64,000 nucleotides of DNA from Methanobacteriota archaeon (GCA_020696385.1 JAEHCQ010000001.1:448001-512000), one strand, 5' to 3'. Shown: positions 10,369 to 20,812, counted from the first letter of the stretch. Notes: generated by a model from the letters alone, not told the origin. Numbers and translations: made by a program.

Positions 10369-13059
10369 ATGATACAAACACGAAAAATACTGGCAATGGC
10401 GATAATGACCCTGATGGTGTGTGGCAGTGTGCTGATCGTCACACCTTATACTCCTGCGGCTGCAGAGGATTCGGCAAAGGCCTTTGAAATTCTGGATGGT
10501 GGATTCCCATTGGCATATCAAACCACCCTGGATCAGAGCTGCGAAGATGCGGTTGATCATTATACTGTGAGTTCCGGGGTTCCCTGGGCTCAGACCTTTG
10601 TGCCTACAATAACGGGTGAGCTCTCCTTTGTTGATCTTCAATTATATGCTGATTCTTCGATCACGCTCTCAGTTCGCTGTGAGATAAGAACCACCCACTG
10701 GGAAATTGACGAATGGGTTCCGGATGATGTGGGTGGTAGGATGACCTACGAGGGAGATTCTCAAACCCTGACAACGTCTCCCGCCTGGTATCAGATATCT
10801 ATGTCGACAAAACCAGTATTAACAGCTGGACAGACCTACGCAATAGTTCTTGTATGGTTGAGCGCGGATTTCCATTGGAGTTGCCTAGGAAACTATGGAG
10901 ATGGGGATGGATTCAATACAGGTGATGGGGGAACCACATGGAGCAGTCTTAGTGGCGAGAACTTTGGTTTCCGCACATACATGGAGGAACCAGATAATTG
11001 GCTTTCAAAGGTCGCCTGGCATGGAAACAACAACTATGCATATGGAGTTGATGGAACTTCCAGCAATCTGTACAAATTCACAAGGGATACCGGCTCATGG
11101 AGTAATGTTGGGGCATTGGAGTTAGGAGCGACATTCCATGACATAGTCTATGATCCTAGCACATCCCTATTTTACATAGTTGGCCAGGACAATAGCGGCT
11201 ATGCGGCCGGTTGGATGTACAACCACGACACCGGAACACCAACATATCTGATAGACACATTTGTGACCGGGGCATTCTATGGAGTGGAACGTGCGGCTCC
11301 CTATGAATATCCATATTTATTCCTGGCAGTGGGTGAGGACACGACAAATGGCAAAGCCTACATGTGTTGGTACGATGATAATTCACCGTGGTGGGCGGCC
11401 GAGGACACAACCCCTGCAGAGGATGCCACTGGTGATGTGATCTATGACGTTGCTTGGAATGGTATTGATGCATCCGGAAGCGCTTATATCTGCGTTGGCA
11501 TGGACGCTTCAGGTGATGGAGTGGTTTACCATATTGGAGGTCCACTCGAAAGTGGTATTGACCTGGGAATCATACATGGATGGAGCCCATTAGGCTCTTT
11601 GAAAGCAGTTGACGGGCATCCATCAGATCCCACACTTGGGATCATTGTCGGTGAAAATACTGCTGGAACTGGAAATGCATATTTATTGGACACCAGTGGG
11701 GCACAGCCAACAATGATCTCTGACACATCGTACATATTCAATGATGTGGACTGGCGCCCAGACGGAGAGATGGCTGTAGCTGTGGGAGCGAAGTTGAATG
11801 GCAAAGGTGTCATGTGCCAGTATAACGAAGGTACTGATTATGTAGTTGATCTATCTGCCGATCTACCTACAGATGCTGAAGGCCTATTTGGCGTCGCTAT
11901 GAAGGGATTCTCCAGCCCCAGTTCTGGGCTTATAGTAGGCAGTAGTGGAGCAGTTGGATTTTACCCATCGGCGGTTGATTCTGGCACCACTATCACAGTG
12001 AGCTCCGAAGAGCCGCATATGTTCAATATGGATATGTGGAAGACATCAGATGCTGGACGCGTATCCAAATTGAATACCCAGGTGGATGTTGAGACCACTT
12101 ACACCTTCATGGCCGAGGTCAACTACACAAAGGGCGGCATCGACCAGTTCTACACAGATGGTGACGATGATGTATATGTGATCCTGACTGCTTGGTTCGA
12201 TTACGGAGTAGCGCCCTCTAGTTTACCAGGTCAGGATGACTATAATCGAACAAGGATGTTCCAGGCAATTTGGGTAGAGGGAGGGGCTGCACCTGGAAAT
12301 GCAGGCATGATGTATCCTGTTGGAAGTCTAGGAACCAATGAGGTACTTCTTGACAGCTATGGATTCGAGATAGGGGCGAGTGACCATTATTACGTCTACT
12401 TCAACCTAACCTTCGGACCCCAAATGTGGGCGGCTGATGGCAATGGATTTACAAATGGTGCAACCTCCGATATCTACGATTATACCACAAGCTATGATGA
12501 TCCAAACAGCTGGGATTTTGTAATGACCGTGGAGGATGCGAACTTCAACAGTGCATCGAATTCCAGTTTTGAGGAGTTCGGAATATTCCAGTTCACGAAC
12601 ATAACGGTCTCAGGAAACCCTGGCGGGAATGCACCACCAGGGTCAAGCACACAGCTTGGGCCGAACAGCCAGATGCAAGTTTCTTCCAATATCGATTACT
12701 ACGTCAATGTCTCAATTCCAGACCTTGCCAGGATCGGTGGAGGAACACCCATCAATGCGACATACGTGTCAGTGAACATAACCAGTCCATTTGCTAACAA
12801 TACGAATTCGATGATAAACGGAACCGCAGTGAGCTTCCCGGGAGGAAACATGACCCTCGGGGTGTGGGGCAATACGAGCCAGGCATTTGGAGACTGGGTT
12901 GTTGCGGCTCCGCTGAACAGTACGACGGCTCACGGGCCGCAAGGAGCGGACTTCCAGAGTATTGGAACGACCGACATTGAATGGTGGATAGATGTGCCAG
13001 GCGGGACAGACGAAGGCATATACCAGGCCACGGTGACATTCAAAATAGGATACAATTGA
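10369..13059 (+). CDS. Secreted surface protein paralog 5
   Basis: 896 aa. GGAGGTGA RBS; signal peptide AAA|EDSA; same architecture; ends GIYQATVTFKIGYN. Confidence 0.85.
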   Translation: MIQTRKILAMAIMTLMVCGSVLIVTPYTPAAAEDSAKAFEILDGGFPLAYQTTLDQSCEDAVDHYTVSSGVPWAQTFVPTITGELSFVDLQLYADSSITLSVRCEIRTTHWEIDEWVPDDVGGRMTYEGDSQTLTTSPAWYQISMSTKPVLTAGQTYAIVLVWLSADFHWSCLGNYGDGDGFNTGDGGTTWSSLSGENFGFRTYMEEPDNWLSKVAWHGNNNYAYGVDGTSSNLYKFTRDTGSWSNVGALELGATFHDIVYDPSTSLFYIVGQDNSGYAAGWMYNHDTGTPTYLIDTFVTGAFYGVERAAPYEYPYLFLAVGEDTTNGKAYMCWYDDNSPWWAAEDTTPAEDATGDVIYDVAWNGIDASGSAYICVGMDASGDGVVYHIGGPLESGIDLGIIHGWSPLGSLKAVDGHPSDPTLGIIVGENTAGTGNAYLLDTSGAQPTMISDTSYIFNDVDWRPDGEMAVAVGAKLNGKGVMCQYNEGTDYVVDLSADLPTDAEGLFGVAMKGFSSPSSGLIVGSSGAVGFYPSAVDSGTTITVSSEEPHMFNMDMWKTSDAGRVSKLNTQVDVETTYTFMAEVNYTKGGIDQFYTDGDDDVYVILTAWFDYGVAPSSLPGQDDYNRTRMFQAIWVEGGAAPGNAGMMYPVGSLGTNEVLLDSYGFEIGASDHYYVYFNLTFGPQMWAADGNGFTNGATSDIYDYTTSYDDPNSWDFVMTVEDANFNSASNSSFEEFGIFQFTNITVSGNPGGNAPPGSSTQLGPNSQMQVSSNIDYYVNVSIPDLARIGGGTPINATYVSVNITSPFANNTNSMINGTAVSFPGGNMTLGVWGNTSQAFGDWVVAAPLNSTTAHGPQGADFQSIGTTDIEWWIDVPGGTDEGIYQATVTFKIGYN

Positions 13060-13127
13060 ATGATATGATATCAAATTCCAAAATAATCATGAAAAAGGAG
13101 AAAATAAAAAAAGGAGAGATGAGAAAT

Positions 13128-15827
13128 ATGACAGAGATGAAGAAGATAATGGCCATGACGGTCGTGATAGCCATGGCATGCGCAAGTTTAGTGGTAGTTA
13201 TGCCGAACAACACGGTAATAGCGGAGGATTCTGCGAAGCCACTTACCGGTTTGGATAATGAATACCCTGCATTTGAAGATGTATTGGATGTGAGTCAGGA
13301 TCTAACGGATATGACATACCCTATCCTTTTTGGCAGTGACCAATATGGATCACAGAGTTTCCAACCCCTATCTGATGGAGATCTGTCCATGTTCGAATTC
13401 AGATTATCCTATCTGACATATCCAGATGGTGGAATGCTTGGTTATGACATTCGAGTGGGAGATCCACCAAACCCAGCAAGCACATTGATCGGTGGTTTTC
13501 AGTGGGTCGCTCTGTCAGATCTGGACGTCGGATGGAATGCGATAACCCTTTCCAGCACCGTCCCTGTATCCATTGGGACAACCTACCAGATCGTCCTAAC
13601 AGTATCCGACAGCAGCAGAGTTGATTGGGACTATAAATCCGGAGATCCCTATGCATCTGGAACTGGAAGGACCTCAGCAAGTGATACAGGATATTCGACT
13701 TTGGGGGGTGACTGGACCTTCAGAACTTACCTGGCAGTACCAACAGATGGCCTTGCAAAGGTCGCCTGGCATGAGAGTGGTGACTATGCTTTAGGGGTAA
13801 CTGGTTATGACGATCATATCTACAAGTACACAAGGCAGACATCGACATGGTCCAGTGAGAAGAATTTGGCCGGAGGCAATGTTTTCAATGATATCAAATA
13901 CAGTTCCAACTTCAACTTGTTCTACATAGTTGGCACTGGCTCAGTTCCATTGGGTTTCAGTTACTATGAACCAGCACAGTCTCTTGCAAACCTAAATGCC
14001 CCATTTGATGGCGGTGCTTATTTCAATGGACTATGCCTGGCTGACGAGAACGGTGCCGAAGATTTTGCTTTCCTCGCAGTTGGTTATAATTCAAACACCA
14101 ATGACCCCTATGCTGCATGGTATAATCAATCTTCACATATCTGGACAGTAGTAAATAGTGGCTGGAGCGGAGCGGATGAGAACCTGTATGATGTAACATG
14201 GGATCATGGCGCCACAGGAAACCCATACTATGCTGTTGGAAAGGATTACGGTACCGGAATGGGAGTGGTATACTATTTCACCACTACAGGGAACAATACA
14301 GCCAATTCCCTTGAGCTCAATGGGTGGATGCCCGGTCCATTATTTGGCATTGACTGGCAGCCAGCAGGAACTGCAGATCATGCAGTCATAGTTGGAGCAT
14401 TATACAGTTATGGGAATGTGTGGGTTTTCAATGGCTCATTTGGAGAGACCATATTGAACAATTCATACATACTCAATGATGTATGCTTCCATCCAGATGG
14501 CTCAATGGCCATGATAGTTGGTGAGACCAATAGCTTTGATGAAGGGGTGATCTATCATTATTATCCAGATAGCTCAGCAACGAAGATGAGCACTGATGGA
14601 ACACTTGACAGTCTAAACGGAGTTTCTGTAAAAGGCTGGACAAGCCCTAGCTCGGGTCTGATAGTAGGATCCAGCGGAGCAGTTGGTTCATACCTCAGTT
14701 CGAGCGATGGTGAAACCACAATAACCGTCAATGCCGCCTTCCCGCACATGTACACGATAGACATGTGGAAGACCAGTGATGCTGGCGAGACATCCACACT
14801 TAATGCAAGGGTGGATGCAGAGGAAACTTACACCTTCTACACAGAGATAAACTACACCATCGGAGGCACGGATGAGCTCTTTGACGTTGGTAATGTCAAT
14901 AATACCTTCGTGGACCTGACAGCATGGTTCGATGATGGAGATGATTCGACAAGTCTGATACCACCAGCAAGTGATGATGACCGCAGAACGAGGAAATTCG
15001 TGGCCAGATTCTATGAGGGGACTGCAGGAACTGGTGGCGTATCAGGTTCTATCATCTATCCAGACACCACAACCAATGAAATATTGTTGGATGGTGTAGG
15101 ATGTAGTGGACCATTTGGGGGCGATGACAGGTACGGTGTTTGGATCAATGTCACCTTCGGAGCGCAGATGAGAGCTGCTGATGGACAGAACTTCGCATTT
15201 GGCGCCGCAGGAGATATATTCGACAGCAACCAGGCATTTGACGATGATGACAGCTGGAACTTCCAGATGGAGGTCTACGATAATGACTTCCCAGGAGCGA
15301 CGAATTCCACATACGAAGAATTCGGGATATTCATGGCCACGAACATCACAGTGTCCAATAACCCAAGTGTCAATGCTCCGCCAGGAAGTGTCAGCATGCC
15401 ATTTGACTCGAACAGCTTGATAACTTACTCGGCCAATATACCATACTACGTGAATGTGTCAATTGAAAGGTTGAACTTGACAACTGATGATTCAAAATTC
15501 ATACCGGCCAGTAATGTCAATGTAAGCCTGGTGGATGCTTATCCTGCGGGATTCGATCTGGAACCATACACTGAGATTAATTCAACATGGGGAGCTGCTG
15601 GAAGACCATTCGCAGCTGCCAATACAGAGTACATGGTGTGGGGAAATACAAGCCAGGCAACTGAACTGGTACCAGCACCGAACAATGGAACAGCAGCACA
15701 TGGTCCGATATATTCGAACTTTGACGGGTATGGAGCCACGGAAGTTTCGTGGTGGGTGTCAGTACCTGGAGGAACGGATGAAGGTATCTATCAAGCGACG
15801 ATAACCTTCAAGATCGGGTACTATTAG
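13128..15827 (+). CDS. Secreted surface protein paralog 6
   Basis: The ORF track starts at 12981, but the signal peptide (MTEMKKIMAM...VIA|EDSA) and the RBS point to ATG 13128 (or 13119). Ends GIYQATITFKIGYY. Confidence 0.85.
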   Translation: MTEMKKIMAMTVVIAMACASLVVVMPNNTVIAEDSAKPLTGLDNEYPAFEDVLDVSQDLTDMTYPILFGSDQYGSQSFQPLSDGDLSMFEFRLSYLTYPDGGMLGYDIRVGDPPNPASTLIGGFQWVALSDLDVGWNAITLSSTVPVSIGTTYQIVLTVSDSSRVDWDYKSGDPYASGTGRTSASDTGYSTLGGDWTFRTYLAVPTDGLAKVAWHESGDYALGVTGYDDHIYKYTRQTSTWSSEKNLAGGNVFNDIKYSSNFNLFYIVGTGSVPLGFSYYEPAQSLANLNAPFDGGAYFNGLCLADENGAEDFAFLAVGYNSNTNDPYAAWYNQSSHIWTVVNSGWSGADENLYDVTWDHGATGNPYYAVGKDYGTGMGVVYYFTTTGNNTANSLELNGWMPGPLFGIDWQPAGTADHAVIVGALYSYGNVWVFNGSFGETILNNSYILNDVCFHPDGSMAMIVGETNSFDEGVIYHYYPDSSATKMSTDGTLDSLNGVSVKGWTSPSSGLIVGSSGAVGSYLSSSDGETTITVNAAFPHMYTIDMWKTSDAGETSTLNARVDAEETYTFYTEINYTIGGTDELFDVGNVNNTFVDLTAWFDDGDDSTSLIPPASDDDRRTRKFVARFYEGTAGTGGVSGSIIYPDTTTNEILLDGVGCSGPFGGDDRYGVWINVTFGAQMRAADGQNFAFGAAGDIFDSNQAFDDDDSWNFQMEVYDNDFPGATNSTYEEFGIFMATNITVSNNPSVNAPPGSVSMPFDSNSLITYSANIPYYVNVSIERLNLTTDDSKFIPASNVNVSLVDAYPAGFDLEPYTEINSTWGAAGRPFAAANTEYMVWGNTSQATELVPAPNNGTAAHGPIYSNFDGYGATEVSWWVSVPGGTDEGIYQATITFKIGYY
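14727..15827 (+). repeat. ~1.1 kb near-identical direct repeat, copy 1 (3' part of paralog 6)
   Basis: Co-linear with 17476-18576 at a constant 2749-nt offset, with long identical runs such as ccgcacatgtacacgatagacatgtggaagaccagtgatgctggcgagacatccacacttaatgcaagggtggatgcag. Confidence 0.9.
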
Positions 15828-15879
15828 GAGATATACAAATCCAAAAAATCATGAAAAATGAAAAAAAAGAAAAAAGGAG

Positions 15880-18576
15880 ATGAGAAAAATGATAGACATA
15901 AGAAAAATATTGGCCATGGCGGTCGTGATCGCCATGGCATGCGCAAGTTTAGTAATCGTGTCGCCGAACAATACGGTGACAGCGGAGGATTCGGCCAGAC
16001 CTCTATCGGGTCTGGATTCTGGATTCCCTGCATTTGAGAATGTGATTGACCAGAGCCAGATGGGGACTGACCTTACATGGCCCATTATGGATGGGGGTGA
16101 CCTATATGGAGCCCAGGGTTTCCAAGTAGGTATGGATGGGGACCTTTCCATGTTCGAGTTCGAACTAATGACCATCAGTGATATGGGAGGCGGGCAACTT
16201 GGCTATGATATCAGAGAAGGTAGCGATCCAGGTCTTGCAATGTCTATCATTGGAGGGTTCCAGTGGGTGAATCTGGCAGACCTGGAAGTTGGGTGGAATT
16301 CCATTTCCCTTGACACGTTCGTGGAAGTAATTATGTTTACAGATTACCAGATCGTATTGACGGTCACTGGAGGCAGTACCTTTGATTGGAATTATGATAG
16401 CAATGATTTCTATCCATCAGGCACTGGAAAATTGTCAGCGAATGATTTTGCCTATGGAGATCTTGGTGGAGACTGGACCTTCAACACATACATGGCAGTT
16501 CCAACAGATGGCCTGAAAAAGGTCACTTGGCATGAATCAGGTGATTATGCTCTAGGCATAGCGACCGGAACAGACCACATTTACAAGTACACAAGGAACA
16601 CCATGACCTGGGCCAGTGAATATGATCTAGGAACAGGCGACATATTCAATGACATCGAATACAGTGAATTTTTTGATTTATTCTACATAGTGGGAGAAGA
16701 TGTCGGAAGTATCACTGGTGCAGCCTGGAGCTACTATGAACCAACACAGAACTTACTGAACCTGGGTGCACCTAATGTCCCTGCAACGGACTTCAACTGT
16801 CTTGGCCTCGCGGATGAGGATGGTACAACAGATTATGCTTTCCTTGCCATGGGTGAGGACTATGCCCAATGGTATGATGAGGTCAATGATATTTGGATCG
16901 AGGTAACAGGTGGATTGAGTGCAATGGTGGACGTCATGGACGTGACCTGGGACCATGGCTTTGGCATATATTCATATTGGGCTGTTGGAGATATGTTGGG
17001 CGAAGGATACATTTATAAATTTATGAATGCGGGTGACGCTACCGCACAACAGTCGAATCCCGCAACATGGGGTACTGTGGGGCCATTCCATGGAATTGAA
17101 TGGCAGCCAGCAGGAGCCTCTGATCATGCCATAATAGTGGGTGAAAATACAGGAGATGGGAATGTCTGGAGTTGGGATGGTACGACTGCAGAGGCTCTTC
17201 TAGACACTACTGACACCTATACTGGCGTGAGCTGGCACCCTGACGGAAGTATGGCCATGCTCGTTGGTTATAATGGTGTTGATGAAGGTGTCATCTATCA
17301 CTATATTCCTGATAACAACAATGCATTTATCAAAATGAGCACAGATGGTGATCATGGAAAGCTATATGGCGTTGATGTAAAAGCCTGGACTAGTCCAAGC
17401 TCGGGTCTTATAGTTGGTAGCAGTGGAGCAGTTGGTTCATATCTTTCAGCATCAGATGGTGATACGACATTGACAGTCAATGCCGCTTTCCCGCACATGT
17501 ACACGATAGACATGTGGAAGACCAGTGATGCTGGCGAGACATCCACACTTAATGCAAGGGTGGATGCAGGGGAAACTTACACATTCTACACCGAGATAAA
17601 CTACACCATCGGAGGCACGGACGAGCTCTTTGACGCTGGTAATGTCAATAATACCTTCGTGGACCTGACCGCGTGGTTCGATGATGGAAATGATGCGACG
17701 AGCATGACGCCATCTGCAAGCGATGATTCACACAGAACGAGAAAGTTCGTGGCCAGATTCTATGAGGGAACTGCAGGAACTGGTGGCGTATCAGGTTCTA
17801 TCATCTATCCAGACACCACAACCAATGAAATATTGTTGGATGGTGTAGGATGTAGTGGACCATTCGGTGGAGATGACAGGTACGGAGTATGGATCAATGT
17901 CACCTTCGGAGCGCAGATGAGAGCTGCTGATGGCCAGAATTTCGTAAATGGAGCCGCTGGAAGCATATTCGACAGCAACCAGGCATTTGACGATGATGAC
18001 AGCTGGAACTTCCAGATGCAGGTATATGATAATGACTTCCCGGGAGCGACGAATTCCACATATGAGGAATTCGGGATATTCATGTCAACGAACATAACAG
18101 TGTCCAATAACCCAAGTGTGAACGCGCCGCCAGGAAGTGTCAGCATGCCGTTTGACTCGAACAGCTTGATAACTTACTCGGCCAATATTCCATACTACGT
18201 GAATGTGTCAATTGAAAGGTTGAACTTGACAACGGATGATTCAAAGTTCATACCAGCAGCCAGTGTAAATGCAAGTCTTGTTGACATGTACCCAGCTGGT
18301 TTTGATCTCGAACCATACACTGAGATTAATTCAACTTGGGGAGCTGCTGGAAGACCGTTTGCAGCTGCCAATGCAGAGCGCATGGTATGGGGAAATACAA
18401 GCCAAGCAACCGAACTGGTGCCAGCTCCGAACAATGGTACAGCAGCGCATGGTCCGATATACTCGAACTTTGACGGATATGGAGCCACGGAAGTTTCGTG
18501 GTGGGTGTCAGTACCTGGAGGAACAGATGAAGGAATTTACCAGGCATCGATAACCTTCAAGATCGGGTACTATTAG
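15880..18576 (+). CDS. Secreted surface protein paralog 7
   Basis: 898 aa (start may be 15889). Signal peptide VTA|EDSA; closest to paralog 6; ends GIYQASITFKIGYY. Confidence 0.85.
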   Translation: MRKMIDIRKILAMAVVIAMACASLVIVSPNNTVTAEDSARPLSGLDSGFPAFENVIDQSQMGTDLTWPIMDGGDLYGAQGFQVGMDGDLSMFEFELMTISDMGGGQLGYDIREGSDPGLAMSIIGGFQWVNLADLEVGWNSISLDTFVEVIMFTDYQIVLTVTGGSTFDWNYDSNDFYPSGTGKLSANDFAYGDLGGDWTFNTYMAVPTDGLKKVTWHESGDYALGIATGTDHIYKYTRNTMTWASEYDLGTGDIFNDIEYSEFFDLFYIVGEDVGSITGAAWSYYEPTQNLLNLGAPNVPATDFNCLGLADEDGTTDYAFLAMGEDYAQWYDEVNDIWIEVTGGLSAMVDVMDVTWDHGFGIYSYWAVGDMLGEGYIYKFMNAGDATAQQSNPATWGTVGPFHGIEWQPAGASDHAIIVGENTGDGNVWSWDGTTAEALLDTTDTYTGVSWHPDGSMAMLVGYNGVDEGVIYHYIPDNNNAFIKMSTDGDHGKLYGVDVKAWTSPSSGLIVGSSGAVGSYLSASDGDTTLTVNAAFPHMYTIDMWKTSDAGETSTLNARVDAGETYTFYTEINYTIGGTDELFDAGNVNNTFVDLTAWFDDGNDATSMTPSASDDSHRTRKFVARFYEGTAGTGGVSGSIIYPDTTTNEILLDGVGCSGPFGGDDRYGVWINVTFGAQMRAADGQNFVNGAAGSIFDSNQAFDDDDSWNFQMQVYDNDFPGATNSTYEEFGIFMSTNITVSNNPSVNAPPGSVSMPFDSNSLITYSANIPYYVNVSIERLNLTTDDSKFIPAASVNASLVDMYPAGFDLEPYTEINSTWGAAGRPFAAANAERMVWGNTSQATELVPAPNNGTAAHGPIYSNFDGYGATEVSWWVSVPGGTDEGIYQASITFKIGYY
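17476..18576 (+). repeat. ~1.1 kb near-identical direct repeat, copy 2 (3' part of paralog 7)
   Basis: Matches 14727-15827; the differences seen are mostly synonymous. Confidence 0.9.
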
Positions 18577-18598
18577 AAATAGGCAATAACCCAAAAAT

Positions 18599-18650
18599 AG
18601 GGGCGGTAGAGGATTCTCTCCTTTTCACTATCGCCCTCCCTTTTCCTTTT
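18599..18650 (+). terminator. Putative terminator of the surface-protein operon
   Basis: gggcggtag...ctatcgccc stem followed by a pyrimidine/T-rich tract (ccttttcctttt), just after the last paralog. Confidence 0.55.
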
Positions 18651-18724
18651 ATGTTACTATTATTCTATAATTAATAGGTATGTAATATATACATATGGAG
18701 AATCTTCATAATCAATAATTAGGC

Positions 18725-18740
18725 ACAAAGATTTATTAAT
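18725..18740 (+). promoter_or_regulatory. Putative BRE/TATA promoter of lonB
   Basis: acaaagATTTATTAAT about 35-50 nt upstream of the ATG; resembles the element upstream of the tRNA. Confidence 0.35.
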
Positions 18741-18775
18741 GGGTAGATGTTATAATCAATCATAACGGTAATATT

Positions 18776-20800
18776 ATGGCATCAACCAAGAAAGAGGATG
18801 ACAATATCTGCGAAGTTCCGGTCGATAACTGGATAGATGATCAAGCATTCATCTCCACAGAAGATATAGAGATCCCTGAGAATATGGCAGACCAGGTCAT
18901 AGGCCAAGAAGATGCGGTCTATGTGATCAAGAAAGCTGCCGAGCAGAGAAGACATGTCATGCTAATAGGGGAGCCTGGTACTGGCAAGTCCATGCTCGCA
19001 CATTCCATGGTGGAATTCCTCCCAATGGGAGAGAATGAGGATCTGATAGCATATGCCAATAAAGAAGATCCAAATGAGCCATTGATAAAAGTGGTACCAG
19101 CAGGTAAGGGCAAGGAGATAGTCAATGCCCAGAAAGCAGAGGTCGCACAGCGCATGGAGCAGAAAGCACAGGCAATGATGACAATAATATTCCTCATTGT
19201 TGGTTTCTCAATTGTCATGTTCGTGCTGGATGGTATGAACAACGGAGAATACAATCCAATGTGGATATTCTTCGGCATACTGGCAGCTGTTTTCATTTAC
19301 ATGGCCTCAAGATGGCCTGGTGCAAGACAGGAACAGGCGAGTATACCAAAGATGTTGCTCAGCAGATCGAATGATGATCCACCTGCATTCATAGATGCGA
19401 CTGGAGCACACGCAGGTGCTCTCCTTGGAGATGTGAAGCACGATCCTTTCCAGAGTGGTGGATTAGAGACCCCAGCCCACGATAGAGTGGAGGTTGGAGC
19501 TATTCACAAAGCCAATAAAGGTGTTCTATTCATAGATGAGATCAATATGCTGAAAATGGAGAGCCAGCAAAGCCTCCTAACAGCCCTTCAGGAAAAGGCC
19601 TTTTCCATTGTGGGACAGAGCGAGAGAAGCTCGGGTGCCATGGTCAAAAGCCAACCAGTTCCCTGTGATTTCATACTGGTTGCCGCCGGTAATCTTGATT
19701 CCATATATGGTATGAGAGATGAGAATGGGGGTCAGAGAGGAGGAATGCATCCAGCTCTCAGATCCAGGATACGTGGTTATGGCTATGAAACTTACATGAG
19801 GAACACTATGCCAGACTCTGATGAGAACAGAAAGAAGCTCATCAGGTTCGTGGCTCAGGAAGTTACCAAAGATAAGAAGATCCCTCATTTCACTAAAAAA
19901 GCTGTAGCTGAGATCGTAAGAGAAGCTCAGAGGCGAACTGGACGTCGTGGACGTTTGACCCTCCGATTGAGAGAACTCGGTGGCCTGGTGCGTGTTGCTG
20001 GAGATATTGCTAAAGGAAAGAATATTCCACTTGTCACGGAGCTTGAAGTTGTGGAGGCAAAGAAAGTTGCCCGATCTCTTGAAAAGCAGATAGTGGAAAG
20101 GATGATCGAGCATTCGATGGACTATCCGACAATGTCAACAGAAGGTGGGGCGGTAGGCCTTGTCAATGGACTGGCAGTCATGCAAGGTGATGCTTCCATG
20201 GCAGAGATGTCGGGAATTGTTCTACCCATAGCTGCAGAGGTCACTCCTGCTCAAGCAAAATCTAATGGAAGGATAATCGCTACTGGAAAGCTTGGAGAGA
20301 TGGCTAAAGAATCTGTCCAGAATGTGTCAGCTCTTTTCAAAAAGTTGACAGGAGAGGATATCAGCAACCATGATGTCCATGTGCAATTCATAGGAAGCAG
20401 AGACGGAACCGAGGGTGATTCAGCCTCGATATCTGTGGCAACTGCTGTCTTTTCCGCATTAGAGTGCGTGGAGGTCGATCAAACTGTGGCAATGACTGGT
20501 TCTCTCAGTGTGCGCGGTAAGGTCCTTCCAGTTGGAGGAGTGACCGCGAAGATCGAAGCGGCTGCCGAGATGGGGCTCAAAAAAGTGATAATACCAAAAT
20601 CCAATCTAAAAGATGTTATTCTTGAGGATCGGTATGTCAATATGATAGAGATCATTCCAGTAGATACCATAGGTGAGGTTCTGGAGCATGCATTGATCAT
20701 CGGTCCTGACAAAGATGGATTGCTTACGAGATTGGCGGCTTCGATAGTTCCAAAAGGTGTCACTCCTCTCAAGGTCAAGCCAGAGAGTACTCCCGTATAA
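18776..20800 (+). CDS. lonB: ATP-dependent protease LonB (archaeal membrane-anchored Lon)
   Basis: Walker A GEPGTGKS; two TM helices inserted in the AAA domain; LFIDEI; GDSAS catalytic Ser and PVGGVTAK Lys. Confidence 0.95.
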   Translation: MASTKKEDDNICEVPVDNWIDDQAFISTEDIEIPENMADQVIGQEDAVYVIKKAAEQRRHVMLIGEPGTGKSMLAHSMVEFLPMGENEDLIAYANKEDPNEPLIKVVPAGKGKEIVNAQKAEVAQRMEQKAQAMMTIIFLIVGFSIVMFVLDGMNNGEYNPMWIFFGILAAVFIYMASRWPGARQEQASIPKMLLSRSNDDPPAFIDATGAHAGALLGDVKHDPFQSGGLETPAHDRVEVGAIHKANKGVLFIDEINMLKMESQQSLLTALQEKAFSIVGQSERSSGAMVKSQPVPCDFILVAAGNLDSIYGMRDENGGQRGGMHPALRSRIRGYGYETYMRNTMPDSDENRKKLIRFVAQEVTKDKKIPHFTKKAVAEIVREAQRRTGRRGRLTLRLRELGGLVRVAGDIAKGKNIPLVTELEVVEAKKVARSLEKQIVERMIEHSMDYPTMSTEGGAVGLVNGLAVMQGDASMAEMSGIVLPIAAEVTPAQAKSNGRIIATGKLGEMAKESVQNVSALFKKLTGEDISNHDVHVQFIGSRDGTEGDSASISVATAVFSALECVEVDQTVAMTGSLSVRGKVLPVGGVTAKIEAAAEMGLKKVIIPKSNLKDVILEDRYVNMIEIIPVDTIGEVLEHALIIGPDKDGLLTRLAASIVPKGVTPLKVKPESTPV

Positions 20801-20812
20801 GAGGGGATCGAT

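Noticed and set aside
12981-13127. N-terminal extension of paralog 6 given by the ORF track
   Set aside because: It overlaps paralog 5 and precedes the RBS and signal peptide; the paralogs begin at the equivalent of 13119/13128.
14727-18576. Diversity-generating retroelement TR/VR pair
   Set aside because: There is no reverse transcriptase in the window, both copies are coding and 1.1 kb long, and the differences are mostly synonymous rather than adenine-specific.
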